DNA of 64,000 nt, taken from contig CAYUQI010000006.1 in NCBI GenBank assembly GCA_964446935.1, forward strand, positions 218 to 64,217. Direction: 5' to 3'. The notes under the pieces are model-generated. The model was given only the letters and a program-made list of their open reading frames with translations, was not told where the DNA came from and searched no databases. Shown here one piece after another: positions 18,282 to 28,339 of this stretch. Each line of letters starts with the position of its first letter. The first letter of the stretch is position 1. The stretch comes from an uncultured Pseudomonadota bacterium (GTDB taxonomy: Bacteria > Babelota > Babeliae > Babelales > RVW-14). The position numbers and the translations under genes were made by a program.

Positions 18282-18968
18282 GTGATTAAAATCTATTACT
18301 TGAAAATTGTTCAGGATGGGGTTGTTATGAAAATACGTCAAAAGCCACCGGAAAAGGTATGGGCTGAATTCCAAGAAGAGGTTCATCCTAGCAAAGAGCA
18401 GCTTGCGCAGTTTAAACGATATGCAGCATATCTGCTTGAATGTAATGAATTCTTTAATATAACAGCCATAACTGAGCTATCAGGTGTTGTTCGTCAGCAT
18501 TTTCATGATTCACTGATGATGGCTTCGTTTATGGATATGTCATCTATCACAACAATTGCTGACATTGGGACCGGTGGGGGCTTTCCAGGTATTCCACTTA
18601 AAATTATGTATCCACATCTGAATGTTGTTTTGCTTGAGGTCAATAAAAAGAAACAGGCTTTTTTGGCTGATGTTATAAAAATTCTTGGTATGAACAATAT
18701 TGAGATATGTGATCTTGATTGGCGTACTTTTTTGCGTACGACGACACATAAGATTGATGTTTTTGTAACACGTGCAGCACTAGATGATTTAGAGTTGATT
18801 CGAATGTTTAAACCTGCTTGTCCTTACAACAACGCAACATTAGTGTATTGGGCATCAAAAGAATGGGAACCGCATCAAAAAACAAAACCGTTTATTTCAC
18901 GAATAGAAGGTTATAAACTAGGTCACAAAGATAGGCGTCTGGTGTTTATGCATATGCCCAAAACGTAA
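18282..18968 (+). CDS. rsmG: 16S rRNA (guanine527-N7)-methyltransferase RsmG/GidB
   Basis: SAM-binding motif DIGTGGGFPGIPLKI. The true start may be the ATG at 18327 (MKIRQK...). Confidence 0.85.
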   Translation: MIKIYYLKIVQDGVVMKIRQKPPEKVWAEFQEEVHPSKEQLAQFKRYAAYLLECNEFFNITAITELSGVVRQHFHDSLMMASFMDMSSITTIADIGTGGGFPGIPLKIMYPHLNVVLLEVNKKKQAFLADVIKILGMNNIEICDLDWRTFLRTTTHKIDVFVTRAALDDLELIRMFKPACPYNNATLVYWASKEWEPHQKTKPFISRIEGYKLGHKDRRLVFMHMPKT

Positions 18969-19038
18969 TTTTTCTTTCTCAATATATAATGGCTTGATGG
19001 TATGGGCGGGGGAAATTTTTTGTGGGAGAGGAGGCGTC

Positions 19039-19635
19039 ATGGTGATGAAGCGGGTTGTTGCTGTTATGGTAACAACCCTTTTTTCTTGCTCGTTGTTTGC
19101 TACAAGTGCTAACGAATGTAAATTACGGAGTCAATGCAAAAGGCTTGGTTTTGAGGCTGCTCAAGCAAAAATGTTGTGTAAAAAAATTAAGAAATATTTA
19201 CAGGATGTGTTTGCTGGTAACAATGTTACCTTTCAATATGCTGTTAACTCAATAGTTCGGGTAATGGAAATAGAGTCTATTGGTTTACTATCCAATAAGG
19301 GTAAAAAAATAGTACGGCGGGAGGCGAGAAGGTTCTTTAACTCGTTGTGCTATGAGTATCGCTGTTCGTTATCATTGTTATTAGAAAAACAGTGGTCTGC
19401 GTGTTTACGAGAGATTGTTAATTTTGTATTTGGACTGTTGGCTCAGAAATTGGAAGAATGTGACCGGTTTAGTTTCGATTATGTAAATACATTCTTGCAG
19501 GAAGCGTTTCTTGAGCAATTGGCGACGACTAAAGGTTCTTTTTTTAAGTATGAAATAGCGCCAGATGAGGAAAACGATTCAAAAAGTGATCTTGAGCGGG
19601 AGGTTAATTATTTTTCAGCATTATCAATTAAATAA
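19039..19635 (+). CDS. hypothetical secreted protein
   Basis: The ATG at 19039 is preceded by GGAGAGGAGG. The signal peptide is MVMKRVVAVMVTTLFSCSLFA. Confidence 0.5.
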   Translation: MVMKRVVAVMVTTLFSCSLFATSANECKLRSQCKRLGFEAAQAKMLCKKIKKYLQDVFAGNNVTFQYAVNSIVRVMEIESIGLLSNKGKKIVRREARRFFNSLCYEYRCSLSLLLEKQWSACLREIVNFVFGLLAQKLEECDRFSFDYVNTFLQEAFLEQLATTKGSFFKYEIAPDEENDSKSDLEREVNYFSALSIK

Positions 19636-19803
19636 AACTGTAAAACGATGTTTTTGGTGGTTTTTTTAAAAAATGTATTAAAAAGATCTTTGTATTATGG
19701 GAGCTAAATTCTTTAATTCTTTATTTTGAAGCATTAAAGATGCTATATTACTAATAGGAATTTATAGCCTGGGGTAGTTGGTATGTATAAAGAAGGAGAA
19801 GTT

Positions 19804-21372
19804 ATGAAGCTTTCATGGAAACTATTAGCCTTGCTCAGTGGACTTTGTGTGTTTTCATCGGTGATGGCCCAAGATGCGTATCAGTTATCAGCATGGCAGA
19901 AATTTAAGGCAGCATTAAAGATAGGAACGCACGGCATGGGTGCTGAAGAATATGCCGAATATGAACGAAGAAAAGAAGCGGCAAAGGCAACAATGACTGC
20001 AGAACAGTATGCTGCACAAAAGAAAGACCTTAAAGGTGGATTAATAGAACAAACGCATGGTTGGTATTCAGAAATCAAACAACAAAGAGAAGTTGAAAAA
20101 GCTAAAGTAAAGCAAGAAAAAGAAGCTGCAAAGGTTAAGGAGAAACAAGAAAAGGAAGCAGCTAAGGTTCGTGAAAAAACAGCAAAAGAACTAGAAAAGA
20201 AGTCTGAGAGTTTAGATAAGAAGATTAATGACTTGCAAAAGAAGTCCAAGACAGGACAATTAACCGCTGCAGAAAAGGCTACACTTTCTACTTCAATGCA
20301 AGAGCGTGCTCGAATACAAGATGCTCGCATTGAGGCTAATCCAGAAGAATTTAAAAAGATGCGAAATGTATTAACAGAAAAAATAGAAGCACTAAAAGCT
20401 GGAATTGCAACAATGGAAGAAAAAGGATTGAATGCTTCTCCAATGCTGGCAGAAAAACGAAAGAAACTTGAAGACCTAAAAGACCAAATAAATCAAACGA
20501 TGACACTGCAACAAAAGAGAGAGGAAGCTTATAAAAATGCAGAAATGAGTACGCAAGATCGTATTAAAAATGAGATTGCTGCCGCTCAAAAACATGGAGA
20601 ATCTCCTGCGCAAATTGCAAAAAGGAAAGAAGAACTTGCTGCGTATGAACAATTTCTGAAGAATCAGGCGGATAGTGTTTTTAAACAAAAATATGGAATA
20701 ACGCAACTTCCCCCTACTCAGCAAGAGCAAGCGGCAGCCTTTATAAAAGAAAAACAAGCAACAGCTGGAGCGGGTACGGCTCGCCCTTCGTTAGAGGATA
20801 TTGGACACAGGCCTGCTGAAGAGTATGTTACATTGCCCGCTGCACAGTCTTCTGCGCAAACAGAAACGCAACGGCCCACCTTAGCTGATATCGGACATAA
20901 GACCGCCGACGATTACATTCATTTGCCTACGAAGCAAGAATTGGAACAAAAGCAACAAACTGCTGAACAACCTTCTACGTGGAAGGCTTCTCAAAAACCG
21001 AGTGGCAAGCAAACAGATACTTTTATTGGGCAACAAAGAACAACCACTCCATCTACATGGAAGCCTGCCGAAAAACCGAGCAGCAAACCAGCGGGTACTT
21101 TTGTTGGGCAGCAAAGAGTAACGACGCCATATAAATCATTTGATGATCCTGGTGCTCGAGAAGCTGTTATAGCGGCACAGGAACGTGTTTCTAGAGGGGT
21201 TCAAGAGCAGGCAAAGTTTCAACGACCTGTTGCGGAGCCAGCAGCTCAACCGGCTGCACCTGTTGAACAAAGACCAGCCCAGTCGTTGGTTCCACCACCA
21301 CAAATGGATGACCCGGGAGCTAGAGATATCCAATATCAGGAAAAATTACGTGAAATCCTGAGATCTAAATAA
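19804..21372 (+). CDS. secreted repeat-rich coiled-coil protein
   Basis: The ATG at 19804 follows AAGGAGAAG, and a signal peptide is present. There are several internal repeats: KQEKEAAKV x2-3, RP(S/T)L(E/A)DIGH(R/K)xA(E/D)(E/D)Y x2, PSTWK...GTF(I/V)GQQR(T/V)TTP x2, and DDPGAR x2. Confidence 0.6.
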   Translation: MKLSWKLLALLSGLCVFSSVMAQDAYQLSAWQKFKAALKIGTHGMGAEEYAEYERRKEAAKATMTAEQYAAQKKDLKGGLIEQTHGWYSEIKQQREVEKAKVKQEKEAAKVKEKQEKEAAKVREKTAKELEKKSESLDKKINDLQKKSKTGQLTAAEKATLSTSMQERARIQDARIEANPEEFKKMRNVLTEKIEALKAGIATMEEKGLNASPMLAEKRKKLEDLKDQINQTMTLQQKREEAYKNAEMSTQDRIKNEIAAAQKHGESPAQIAKRKEELAAYEQFLKNQADSVFKQKYGITQLPPTQQEQAAAFIKEKQATAGAGTARPSLEDIGHRPAEEYVTLPAAQSSAQTETQRPTLADIGHKTADDYIHLPTKQELEQKQQTAEQPSTWKASQKPSGKQTDTFIGQQRTTTPSTWKPAEKPSSKPAGTFVGQQRVTTPYKSFDDPGAREAVIAAQERVSRGVQEQAKFQRPVAEPAAQPAAPVEQRPAQSLVPPPQMDDPGARDIQYQEKLREILRSK

Positions 21373-21394
21373 ACACTTAAGAATTTAGTTTGAT

Positions 21395-21429
21395 GGGGCA
21401 AGGATAACAATAATCCTTGCCCCCTTTTT
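21395..21429. terminator. intrinsic terminator between convergent genes
   Basis: 11-bp stem GGGGCAAGGAT / ATCCTTGCCCC with loop AACAATA, followed by TTTTT. Confidence 0.8.
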
Positions 21430-21443
21430 AGTTGTGTTAAACA

Positions 21444-22655
21444 TTATTGTTCAATTAATGCTTCGACAGGATTAAGCATTGATGCTTTTCGTGCCGGATA
21501 GTAACCAAAAAAGAGTCCAATCATGATTGATGAAGTCAATGAGATGACTATTGCTTTTTGAGAAATGAAAATTGGCCACCCAAGAATTAAGCCAACGATC
21601 TCTGATGTGCTTACTCCTAGTGCAACACCAACCAATCCACCAATGAGGCAGATAGTAATGGCTTCAAGAATAAATTGCGTCAAAATACTTTGTGTTGTAG
21701 CGCCCAATGCCATACGAATACCAATTTCTTTTGTGCGCTCGGTGACAGTGACAAGCATGATGTTCATAATGCCAATACCGCCAACAACCAGTGAGATTGA
21801 TGCAATAATCAGCAAAAGAATGTTAAGAATTGCTGATGCGGCATCAGAAGCCTTTAAAGCATCATCTTGAGTAAAGATGGTAAAATCATCATCGTCGTCT
21901 TCAGCCAAACGATGTTTTTGTCGCAGAAGTGCTTTGATATGACGAGCTGTTGTAGCCATTTGATCACTTTGATACGTTGATATAACGAAAGCATTGTAAT
22001 TGTTTTTGCCAATCAATTTGCGTTGTACGGTAGTGACAGGAAGAAAAATAATATCGTCCATATCACGACCATCGGGTGATTGCCCTTTTTCTTCAAGAAC
22101 CCCAACGACCTTGAATGGTATTTTTTTTATACGGATGATGGCATCAACGGGATCCTTATCTCCAAATAGTTCTTTGACCACCTTTGGGCCCAGCAATGCT
22201 ACTTTGTTTCCTGTGCGTATATCTTGTGCTGTGAAATTTTCACCTTTTGTTACTTTGATTTGTCGAATTTCTAAATAATCCTCGTTTACTCCAAACACGG
22301 TCGTGTGCCAGTTGGCTCCTTCTGTGACTGCCTTGCCTTGATATTGAATACCTGGTGAAAACAGATGAACTCCCTCACATTCATCCAAAATAGCTTGAGC
22401 ATCAGCCGGTTTGAGGGTAAAAAAAGTTCCGCCTCTTTGGGTGACGGTTTTGGGGGATGCTGCAAGAACAACTACGAAATTAGTTCCGATTTTTTCGATT
22501 TCTTTGCGAACTTTGTATTTGGCTCCCTCACCAATCGACAAGACAGCAATAATAGCAATAACACCAATGATGATGCCCAATGTGGTTAACAAAGATCGCA
22601 TTTTGTGATGCCGTAATGAACGAAGGGCGGAGCGCAATAATAATGTAAATGTCAT
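21444..22655 (-). CDS. MacB/FtsX-type ABC transporter permease (locus 1)
   Basis: An N-terminal TM segment, a large periplasmic domain, then a C-terminal FtsX 3-TM bundle (TERTKEIGIRMALGA motif). It overlaps the ATPase gene by 4 nt. Confidence 0.85.
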   Translation of the reverse strand: MTFTLLLRSALRSLRHHKMRSLLTTLGIIIGVIAIIAVLSIGEGAKYKVRKEIEKIGTNFVVVLAASPKTVTQRGGTFFTLKPADAQAILDECEGVHLFSPGIQYQGKAVTEGANWHTTVFGVNEDYLEIRQIKVTKGENFTAQDIRTGNKVALLGPKVVKELFGDKDPVDAIIRIKKIPFKVVGVLEEKGQSPDGRDMDDIIFLPVTTVQRKLIGKNNYNAFVISTYQSDQMATTARHIKALLRQKHRLAEDDDDDFTIFTQDDALKASDAASAILNILLLIIASISLVVGGIGIMNIMLVTVTERTKEIGIRMALGATTQSILTQFILEAITICLIGGLVGVALGVSTSEIVGLILGWPIFISQKAIVISLTSSIMIGLFFGYYPARKASMLNPVEALIEQ

Positions 22656-23338
22656 TGTTGTACTCGATCCTTAGTAATTTTACCATCTATCAATTCAATA
22701 ACACGTTTTGTTTTGGCAGCAACATCAGGTTCGTGAGTAACGATAATGATGGTAACCTTTTGTTGGTCATTAAGTTGTTTGAACAAATCAAGGATGACGT
22801 TACCTGTTTCAGTATCTAAATTACCGGTAGGCTCGTCAGCAAGAATGATGCGCGGATTGTTGACTAATGATCGAGCAATTGCCACGCGTTGCTGTTGTCC
22901 CCCAGAAAGTTGATAAGGGTAATGGTTTTTACGTTCACCAAGTTTAACAATATCCAAGAAGTGTGCTGCTTTCTCTCGTGCATCTGCTTCTTTTGCCCCA
23001 GCATAGAGCAAAGGTAATGCAACGTTATCAATAGCTTTCAGGTCGGCGAGCAGATGAAATTTTTGAAAGACAAAACCGATTTTTTGATTTCTGATACGAG
23101 CTAATTCATCTCTGCTTGCTTGTGCAGCATCGGTTCCATCCAAAAAATATGTTCCTGATGTTGGGGTATCCAGACAACCGAGCAGATGCATGAGTGTTGA
23201 TTTACCTGAACCAGAAGATCCTGTAATTGCTACAAATTCTCCGGTGTCGATTTCGACGTTAACGCCTTTAAGAGCGGTAACTTCAGTTTCGCCCATTGTA
23301 TAAATTTTAACTAAATTTTTTGCTTCTAGGAGCTTCAT
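22652..23338 (-). CDS. MacB/LolD-type ABC ATP-binding protein (locus 1)
   Basis: Walker [10 protein letters not shown], signature [15 protein letters not shown], Walker [12 protein letters not shown]. Confidence 0.9.
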   Translation of the reverse strand: MKLLEAKNLVKIYTMGETEVTALKGVNVEIDTGEFVAITGSSGSGKSTLMHLLGCLDTPTSGTYFLDGTDAAQASRDELARIRNQKIGFVFQKFHLLADLKAIDNVALPLLYAGAKEADAREKAAHFLDIVKLGERKNHYPYQLSGGQQQRVAIARSLVNNPRIILADEPTGNLDTETGNVILDLFKQLNDQQKVTIIIVTHEPDVAAKTKRVIELIDGKITKDRVQQ

Positions 23339-23347
23339 GAACAGCCT

Positions 23348-24565
23348 TTATTTACTGCCAATGCCACCAGGACGGCCAAAGGCACCTGTCAGCAATATAT
23401 TTTCTTGTGCGTCGACATCAAGATCAACAATGATATTTGTTTGTGGGGAAATTCCGTTGCTTATTTGCGTATATTTACCATCGTTGATACCAAGTTTTAC
23501 TTCGATTTGTTTGATTGTCTTTGGATCTTCCAAGACCCACAAATAATCTTTTGTCTTGAGTGCTTTTGATGATGAAGCTCCCGCTTTAGGGCCTGCCTGA
23601 AGTTTATAAACCCTTAACCCATACTTTTTAGCTGCTTCATCAATTTGGAAAGCACTGATACGGAAAGCTTTGTTTGATACACTTAGTGCTTGGTCAGCAC
23701 TGGCGACTTTGATATCAACATTCGTTGTCATGCCGGGACGTAAGCGTAGCTCTGGGTTGGCAACATTAAGAACTGCCGCATAGGTGACGACATTATCAAC
23801 AATTTTTGCTTGATATTGAATGCGTTTAACGGTGGCCGTAAATCGTTCTTTGGGAAATGCATCAACGGCAAAACTAGCTTCTTGTCCTTCTTTGACCATG
23901 CCAATGTCAGCTTCATCAACGTCGATGTGTGCTTCCATACAATGCAAGTCTTTTGCTATTTCAAATAATATGGTGGCATCGAACTGAGAGGTGACCATTT
24001 GGCCCAAGTTAACTTTTTTTGCGATAACAATACCGTCATCAGGCGATTTGATAAAAAGGTTGTTGTAGGTTTGAGTTTCTAGTTCTAAGTCTGCTTTGGT
24101 TTGAGCGACTTTTGATACAGCTACCTCATAGTCTTGTGTGTACTGTTCAAAAAGATTTTTAGAGAGTTGCCCCGATTTGTATAGTGCTGTTTGTCGTTTG
24201 TAAAATTGTTTTTGATATTTAAGCCTTTCGATATTTTCTGTCAAAAGAGCTTTTTGTTTTTTGATAGCTGTGTCACCTATCCCATTATCAATGATGGTTA
24301 AAATCTGATCCTTTTTTACAATATCATTATCTTCGGCAAGTATTTGTACTATTCTTCCAACAACGAGTGAGCCCACCGAGATTTGATCAAGAGCTTTGAG
24401 GTTGCCTGTTGCGGTGACAAATTGTACGAGCGGACGCGGTTGTGGGTTTTCTGTTTTGAAAGGACGTTGATGTTGACGTTTGCATGTTTGGTAATAGAAA
24501 TAAAAAAGGGTTGAAGCACCTGCAAGGGCAAGCACAAGCCCCATGGCAAATTTGGAGTTTTTCAT
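23348..24565 (-). CDS. HlyD/MacA-family periplasmic adaptor (locus 1)
   Basis: An N-terminal TM anchor, coiled-coil hairpin region and barrel-sandwich motifs. It is the first gene of an adaptor-ATPase-permease operon. Confidence 0.8.
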   Translation of the reverse strand: MKNSKFAMGLVLALAGASTLFYFYYQTCKRQHQRPFKTENPQPRPLVQFVTATGNLKALDQISVGSLVVGRIVQILAEDNDIVKKDQILTIIDNGIGDTAIKKQKALLTENIERLKYQKQFYKRQTALYKSGQLSKNLFEQYTQDYEVAVSKVAQTKADLELETQTYNNLFIKSPDDGIVIAKKVNLGQMVTSQFDATILFEIAKDLHCMEAHIDVDEADIGMVKEGQEASFAVDAFPKERFTATVKRIQYQAKIVDNVVTYAAVLNVANPELRLRPGMTTNVDIKVASADQALSVSNKAFRISAFQIDEAAKKYGLRVYKLQAGPKAGASSSKALKTKDYLWVLEDPKTIKQIEVKLGINDGKYTQISNGISPQTNIIVDLDVDAQENILLTGAFGRPGGIGSK

Positions 24566-24768
24566 GATTATTTAAGATCCCCTCGACAACGTTTGATCAT
24601 AAATATACGTCATAATATTCTAAAGTACCATTTTGATTTATCAAAAGCAATGCGTTGCGCAAACTTGCCAAGTATCTAATTTTTATAAATGATCGGTGAG
24701 AAAATAATTTTATGGTAAACTGGCCCACAAAAGAATATATGAGTAGTAACCAATGAAAGGAGATTCTT

Positions 24769-25461
24769 ATGTATAATGGGCTTTGGATTGTCTTATTGGT
24801 GCTTCTTGGTGTAGGCGTTGGTGGGTTCCTGATGTCCCGTGCTTTTAGGGCTGTTGTGAATGCCGAGATAATAACATTGCCTGGGGTAAGGGAAGATGGG
24901 GCGATATCATTAGAAAAAGCAATAAAAATGAGGCGGTCGATACGTGACTATCAAATAGCCCCTTTGTCTTTGGCTGAGATTTCCCAGTTGTTATGGGCTG
25001 CTCAGGGGGTGACTGAAGATCATGATGGGTTGCGTACAGCACCATCGGCTGGAGCCTTATATCCTATTGAATTGTATGTTGTTGCTGGCAGTGTTGATGG
25101 ACTTGATACGGGAGTTTACAAATATAAGAATACCCAGAAGGGGTTGTCAAAAATCGTTGGGGGTGATAAACGTCGCGAATTAAGTGATGCTTCGTTAGCA
25201 CAATCATGGGTATTGCGAGCACCGGCAAACATTGTGATCTGTGGTGTGCATGAACGTGTTGAACGGAAATATGGCGAACGGGCACATCGTTTTGTGAGTA
25301 TTGAGGCTGGTGCAGTTGCTCAAAACATATATTTGCAAGCAGCAGTATTAAAGTTGGGAACGGTACTAGTAGGAACGTTTGATGATGCCAAAGTTGCGAC
25401 AATTATTGGTGCTGCTAAAGGTGAGGTTCCGTTGGCTATTTTGCCAGTAGGAAAAGTGTAG
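24769..25461 (+). CDS. SagB/ThcOx-type nitroreductase-family protein with N-terminal TM anchor
   Basis: RRSIRDY motif, PSAGALYPIELY and IEAGAVAQNIYLQA motifs of the nitroreductase/SagB-type dehydrogenase fold. The N-terminus is hydrophobic (LWIVLLVLLGVGVGGFLM). Confidence 0.7.
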   Translation: MYNGLWIVLLVLLGVGVGGFLMSRAFRAVVNAEIITLPGVREDGAISLEKAIKMRRSIRDYQIAPLSLAEISQLLWAAQGVTEDHDGLRTAPSAGALYPIELYVVAGSVDGLDTGVYKYKNTQKGLSKIVGGDKRRELSDASLAQSWVLRAPANIVICGVHERVERKYGERAHRFVSIEAGAVAQNIYLQAAVLKLGTVLVGTFDDAKVATIIGAAKGEVPLAILPVGKV

Positions 25462-25480
25462 CTCTATACACATCCAACAT

Positions 25481-27328
25481 TTATTCTTCCAGCGTTGTTA
25501 CATCACCAATTGGGGTGCCTTCATACTGAGCTTTGATGACGCGACGCATAATTTTCCCCGATCGTGTCTTAGGCAGTGACGAGGCAAAAACAAGATCTTT
25601 TGGCGTAGCCAATGAGCCAGCATGTGAACGTATTGCATTGATAATTTCTTGTTTGAGCTTATCAGATTGATCAAATTCTTTTTTTAGCGTAACAAATACG
25701 ATAATTGCTTGTCCTTTAATTTCATCCTTTGTTCCAAAGCAAGCAGCTTCGGCAACCGCATGATGCATTAAAGCAGCATGTTCAATCTCTGCTGTGCCAA
25801 TTCGGTGTCCTGCTACATTCAGCGTGTCATCACTTCTTCCAAGAAATGTATAGTTACCATGTGCGTCTTTGATTGCAAAGTCCCCAGCGCAATAATATCC
25901 GGGAAACTTTGACCAATATTCGCGTTTTAGCTCCTTATCGGTATCGTTGTGAATGCCAATGAGCATACCTGGCCATGGATGTTTGATAACAATATATCCT
26001 TTTACCCCATGGCTGACTGAGCTTGATTGTTGATCGACGATATCGATGACAACTCCTGGCAGAGGTTTCATTGTATATGTATCTGTTATTTGAGACTGCT
26101 TGGCTTGGGGAGCAACCATGAATCCTCCTGTTTCTGTCTGCCACCACGTGTCAATAATTGGACAGTGCGAGTTCCCAATGACCTGGCTGTACCACTGTCG
26201 AACAGTGGGGGTTAATGGTTCTCCAACAGATCCAAGAACCTCAAGGCTTGTGAGGTTATTTTGTTTAATGAATGAATCACTCTGTTTCATGAAGAGGCGT
26301 ATTGCTGTTGGTGCCGTATAAAGAATTGAAACTTTATATTTTTCGATAATATTTAACCATTGCGCCGTTGTTGGATAATCCGGGGCGCCTTCATACAATA
26401 CGATACTCAATCCATGCATGAGGGGTGCATAGACACCGTAGGAATGTCCAGTAATCCACCCGATATCAGCGGTGCAAAAGTAGACCTGACTTTCTTTAGG
26501 GTTAAAAGCCCATTTCATGGTCCAATAGACATAGGTTAAATAACCACCAGTACTGTGAACGATTCCCTTGGGCTTTCCTGTCGTTCCCGATGTATACAGA
26601 ATGAACAATGGGTGGTTAGATTCGACTGGTACCGGTGAAACTTTGCTTGTCGTAACGTTTTTTTTCAATGTCTTAAATGAAAGATCTCGATGTTCTTGCA
26701 TAAAACATTGCGTGTCATCACGTTCAATAACGATTACTTTGTGTACCGATGGTGTATGTAATAATGCTTGATCAAGCACTTTTTTAAGTTCAATTTTTTT
26801 ACCGCGCCTCAGCCCTATGTCTGCGGTTATAACGATGGAAGCATTAAGATCATTAATGCGATCTTGTAGCGCAGCGTCCCCTAGTCCAGAAAAAATGGCA
26901 GCATGCGTTGCCCCCAGTCGGGCCGTTGCCAACATGGCAAAAATTGCTTCAGGAATCATGGGAAGATAGATAGCAACGATGTGTCCCTTGCCTACCCCTA
27001 ATGATTGCAGGATGGCTGCCATGGTAGTTACTTCATCGTACAGTTGTTGATAGGTGAAGGTTTTTTTGTTTCCCTGTTCATCAGTCCAATAAATGGCGAC
27101 TTTGTTTTTTTTGTTACTTTGAAGATGTACATCCAAACATGCATGTGATGCGTTAATCGTTCCCCCAACAAACCAATGAGCGTATGGTTCCTGCCAATCC
27201 AATGTGCATTTCCACTGCGAGAACCATGGGAGTGTTTGTGCTTGTTGATCCCAGAATGCGGTTAGTTGTTCAAGCTCCTTATTTGGAGCGAAGTTTGGAT
27301 GGCCCTGGGTGTTGTTGACTTTTGACAT
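25481..27328 (-). CDS. acs: acetyl-CoA synthetase (AMP-forming)
   Basis: AMP-binding motif YTSGTTGKPKG, WWQTETGG, and C-terminal PKTRSGKIMRR. The start at 27328 (MSKVNN...) is preceded by AAGGAAC and avoids overlap with the upstream gene. Confidence 0.9.
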   Translation of the reverse strand: MSKVNNTQGHPNFAPNKELEQLTAFWDQQAQTLPWFSQWKCTLDWQEPYAHWFVGGTINASHACLDVHLQSNKKNKVAIYWTDEQGNKKTFTYQQLYDEVTTMAAILQSLGVGKGHIVAIYLPMIPEAIFAMLATARLGATHAAIFSGLGDAALQDRINDLNASIVITADIGLRRGKKIELKKVLDQALLHTPSVHKVIVIERDDTQCFMQEHRDLSFKTLKKNVTTSKVSPVPVESNHPLFILYTSGTTGKPKGIVHSTGGYLTYVYWTMKWAFNPKESQVYFCTADIGWITGHSYGVYAPLMHGLSIVLYEGAPDYPTTAQWLNIIEKYKVSILYTAPTAIRLFMKQSDSFIKQNNLTSLEVLGSVGEPLTPTVRQWYSQVIGNSHCPIIDTWWQTETGGFMVAPQAKQSQITDTYTMKPLPGVVIDIVDQQSSSVSHGVKGYIVIKHPWPGMLIGIHNDTDKELKREYWSKFPGYYCAGDFAIKDAHGNYTFLGRSDDTLNVAGHRIGTAEIEHAALMHHAVAEAACFGTKDEIKGQAIIVFVTLKKEFDQSDKLKQEIINAIRSHAGSLATPKDLVFASSLPKTRSGKIMRRVIKAQYEGTPIGDVTTLEE

Positions 27329-27429
27329 AGTTTGTTCCTTGTCATGAAAGACGGGGTGTATTTTTTTCGAAAGCTTAAGTTTGAGGGGATATTTTTGAAA
27401 ATGCAAAGGGGTAGGGGATGGTTTGTTAG

Positions 27430-28263
27430 TTACCGCCACGATTGTGGCGGAGATGTTCTTGCGCCACCCTTGGTAAAACGATGATCAGGTTCAAGATCTA
27501 CCAGCGCCTTGAGAGACGTTCTTGTTGGGATGGGGATATTGAATTTTTCTGCTACAGCTACAAGTACGTGCCGAGCTTCTGTATTGTTATTTTTTCGTGC
27601 AAGTTTCAATAATCTGTTAAGATTTTGAGAGAATGTTTCTAGTATGTCTTGAATGTTGATGCGGTGTTTAGATGTTATTAGCTCATGTAAAAATGTTAGC
27701 TTACATAAACGTATAAACGTATCGAGATTTATATTCGTTGTTACATTTCTAATGATGAGGCATAAGCATTGATGACCAACTGGGTTGTTTAATAAAAATG
27801 TATTGAATATCAATTTTTTCACTTCTTGTGCCATTAAAAGATTTTGACCCGTCCAAATATTGTTATTTCGTGCGGATTGATATTCTGCATAGTATAATGT
27901 TAATGCAATAACATCTTCAATATCTCTAGAATCCTTAAATTCTTTTCTCAATGTTGTAGTGACATAATCATCAATTGTTTTTTTACCATTTTCTTTCTTT
28001 GCTAATTCATACAACGGGGGGATTTTATCACTTATGCATATGTCAATGAACCTGCCTGCCCCAGTATTTAGCAAAAATTGCTCACATTCATATTTGGTTT
28101 TTAGGTTTCCAGTTTCTTTTTCTTTAAGCGAAAGTTTTTCTAATTGTTTTTTTAATGACTCTTGAAGCTTTTGCCCTAGGTTTTCATCGTCTTTCATGGC
28201 AAATAGTGTGGTTGAACTCAAGAGAATGGCAAACAGGATCCCTATGCGTATGATCTTCATCAA
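27430..28263 (-). CDS. hypothetical secreted helical protein
   Basis: 277-aa ORF with a signal peptide (MMKIIRIGILFAILLSSTTLFA). No family recognised. Confidence 0.5.
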   Translation of the reverse strand: MMKIIRIGILFAILLSSTTLFAMKDDENLGQKLQESLKKQLEKLSLKEKETGNLKTKYECEQFLLNTGAGRFIDICISDKIPPLYELAKKENGKKTIDDYVTTTLRKEFKDSRDIEDVIALTLYYAEYQSARNNNIWTGQNLLMAQEVKKLIFNTFLLNNPVGHQCLCLIIRNVTTNINLDTFIRLCKLTFLHELITSKHRINIQDILETFSQNLNRLLKLARKNNNTEARHVLVAVAEKFNIPIPTRTSLKALVDLEPDHRFTKGGARTSPPQSWR

Positions 28264-28339
28264 ATCTTTCGGTATATAGAATGTTTGGTATTCAAAGGAC
28301 CCCTGTTGTATATCATTCTACGAGAGGAGTCAAGTCTGA

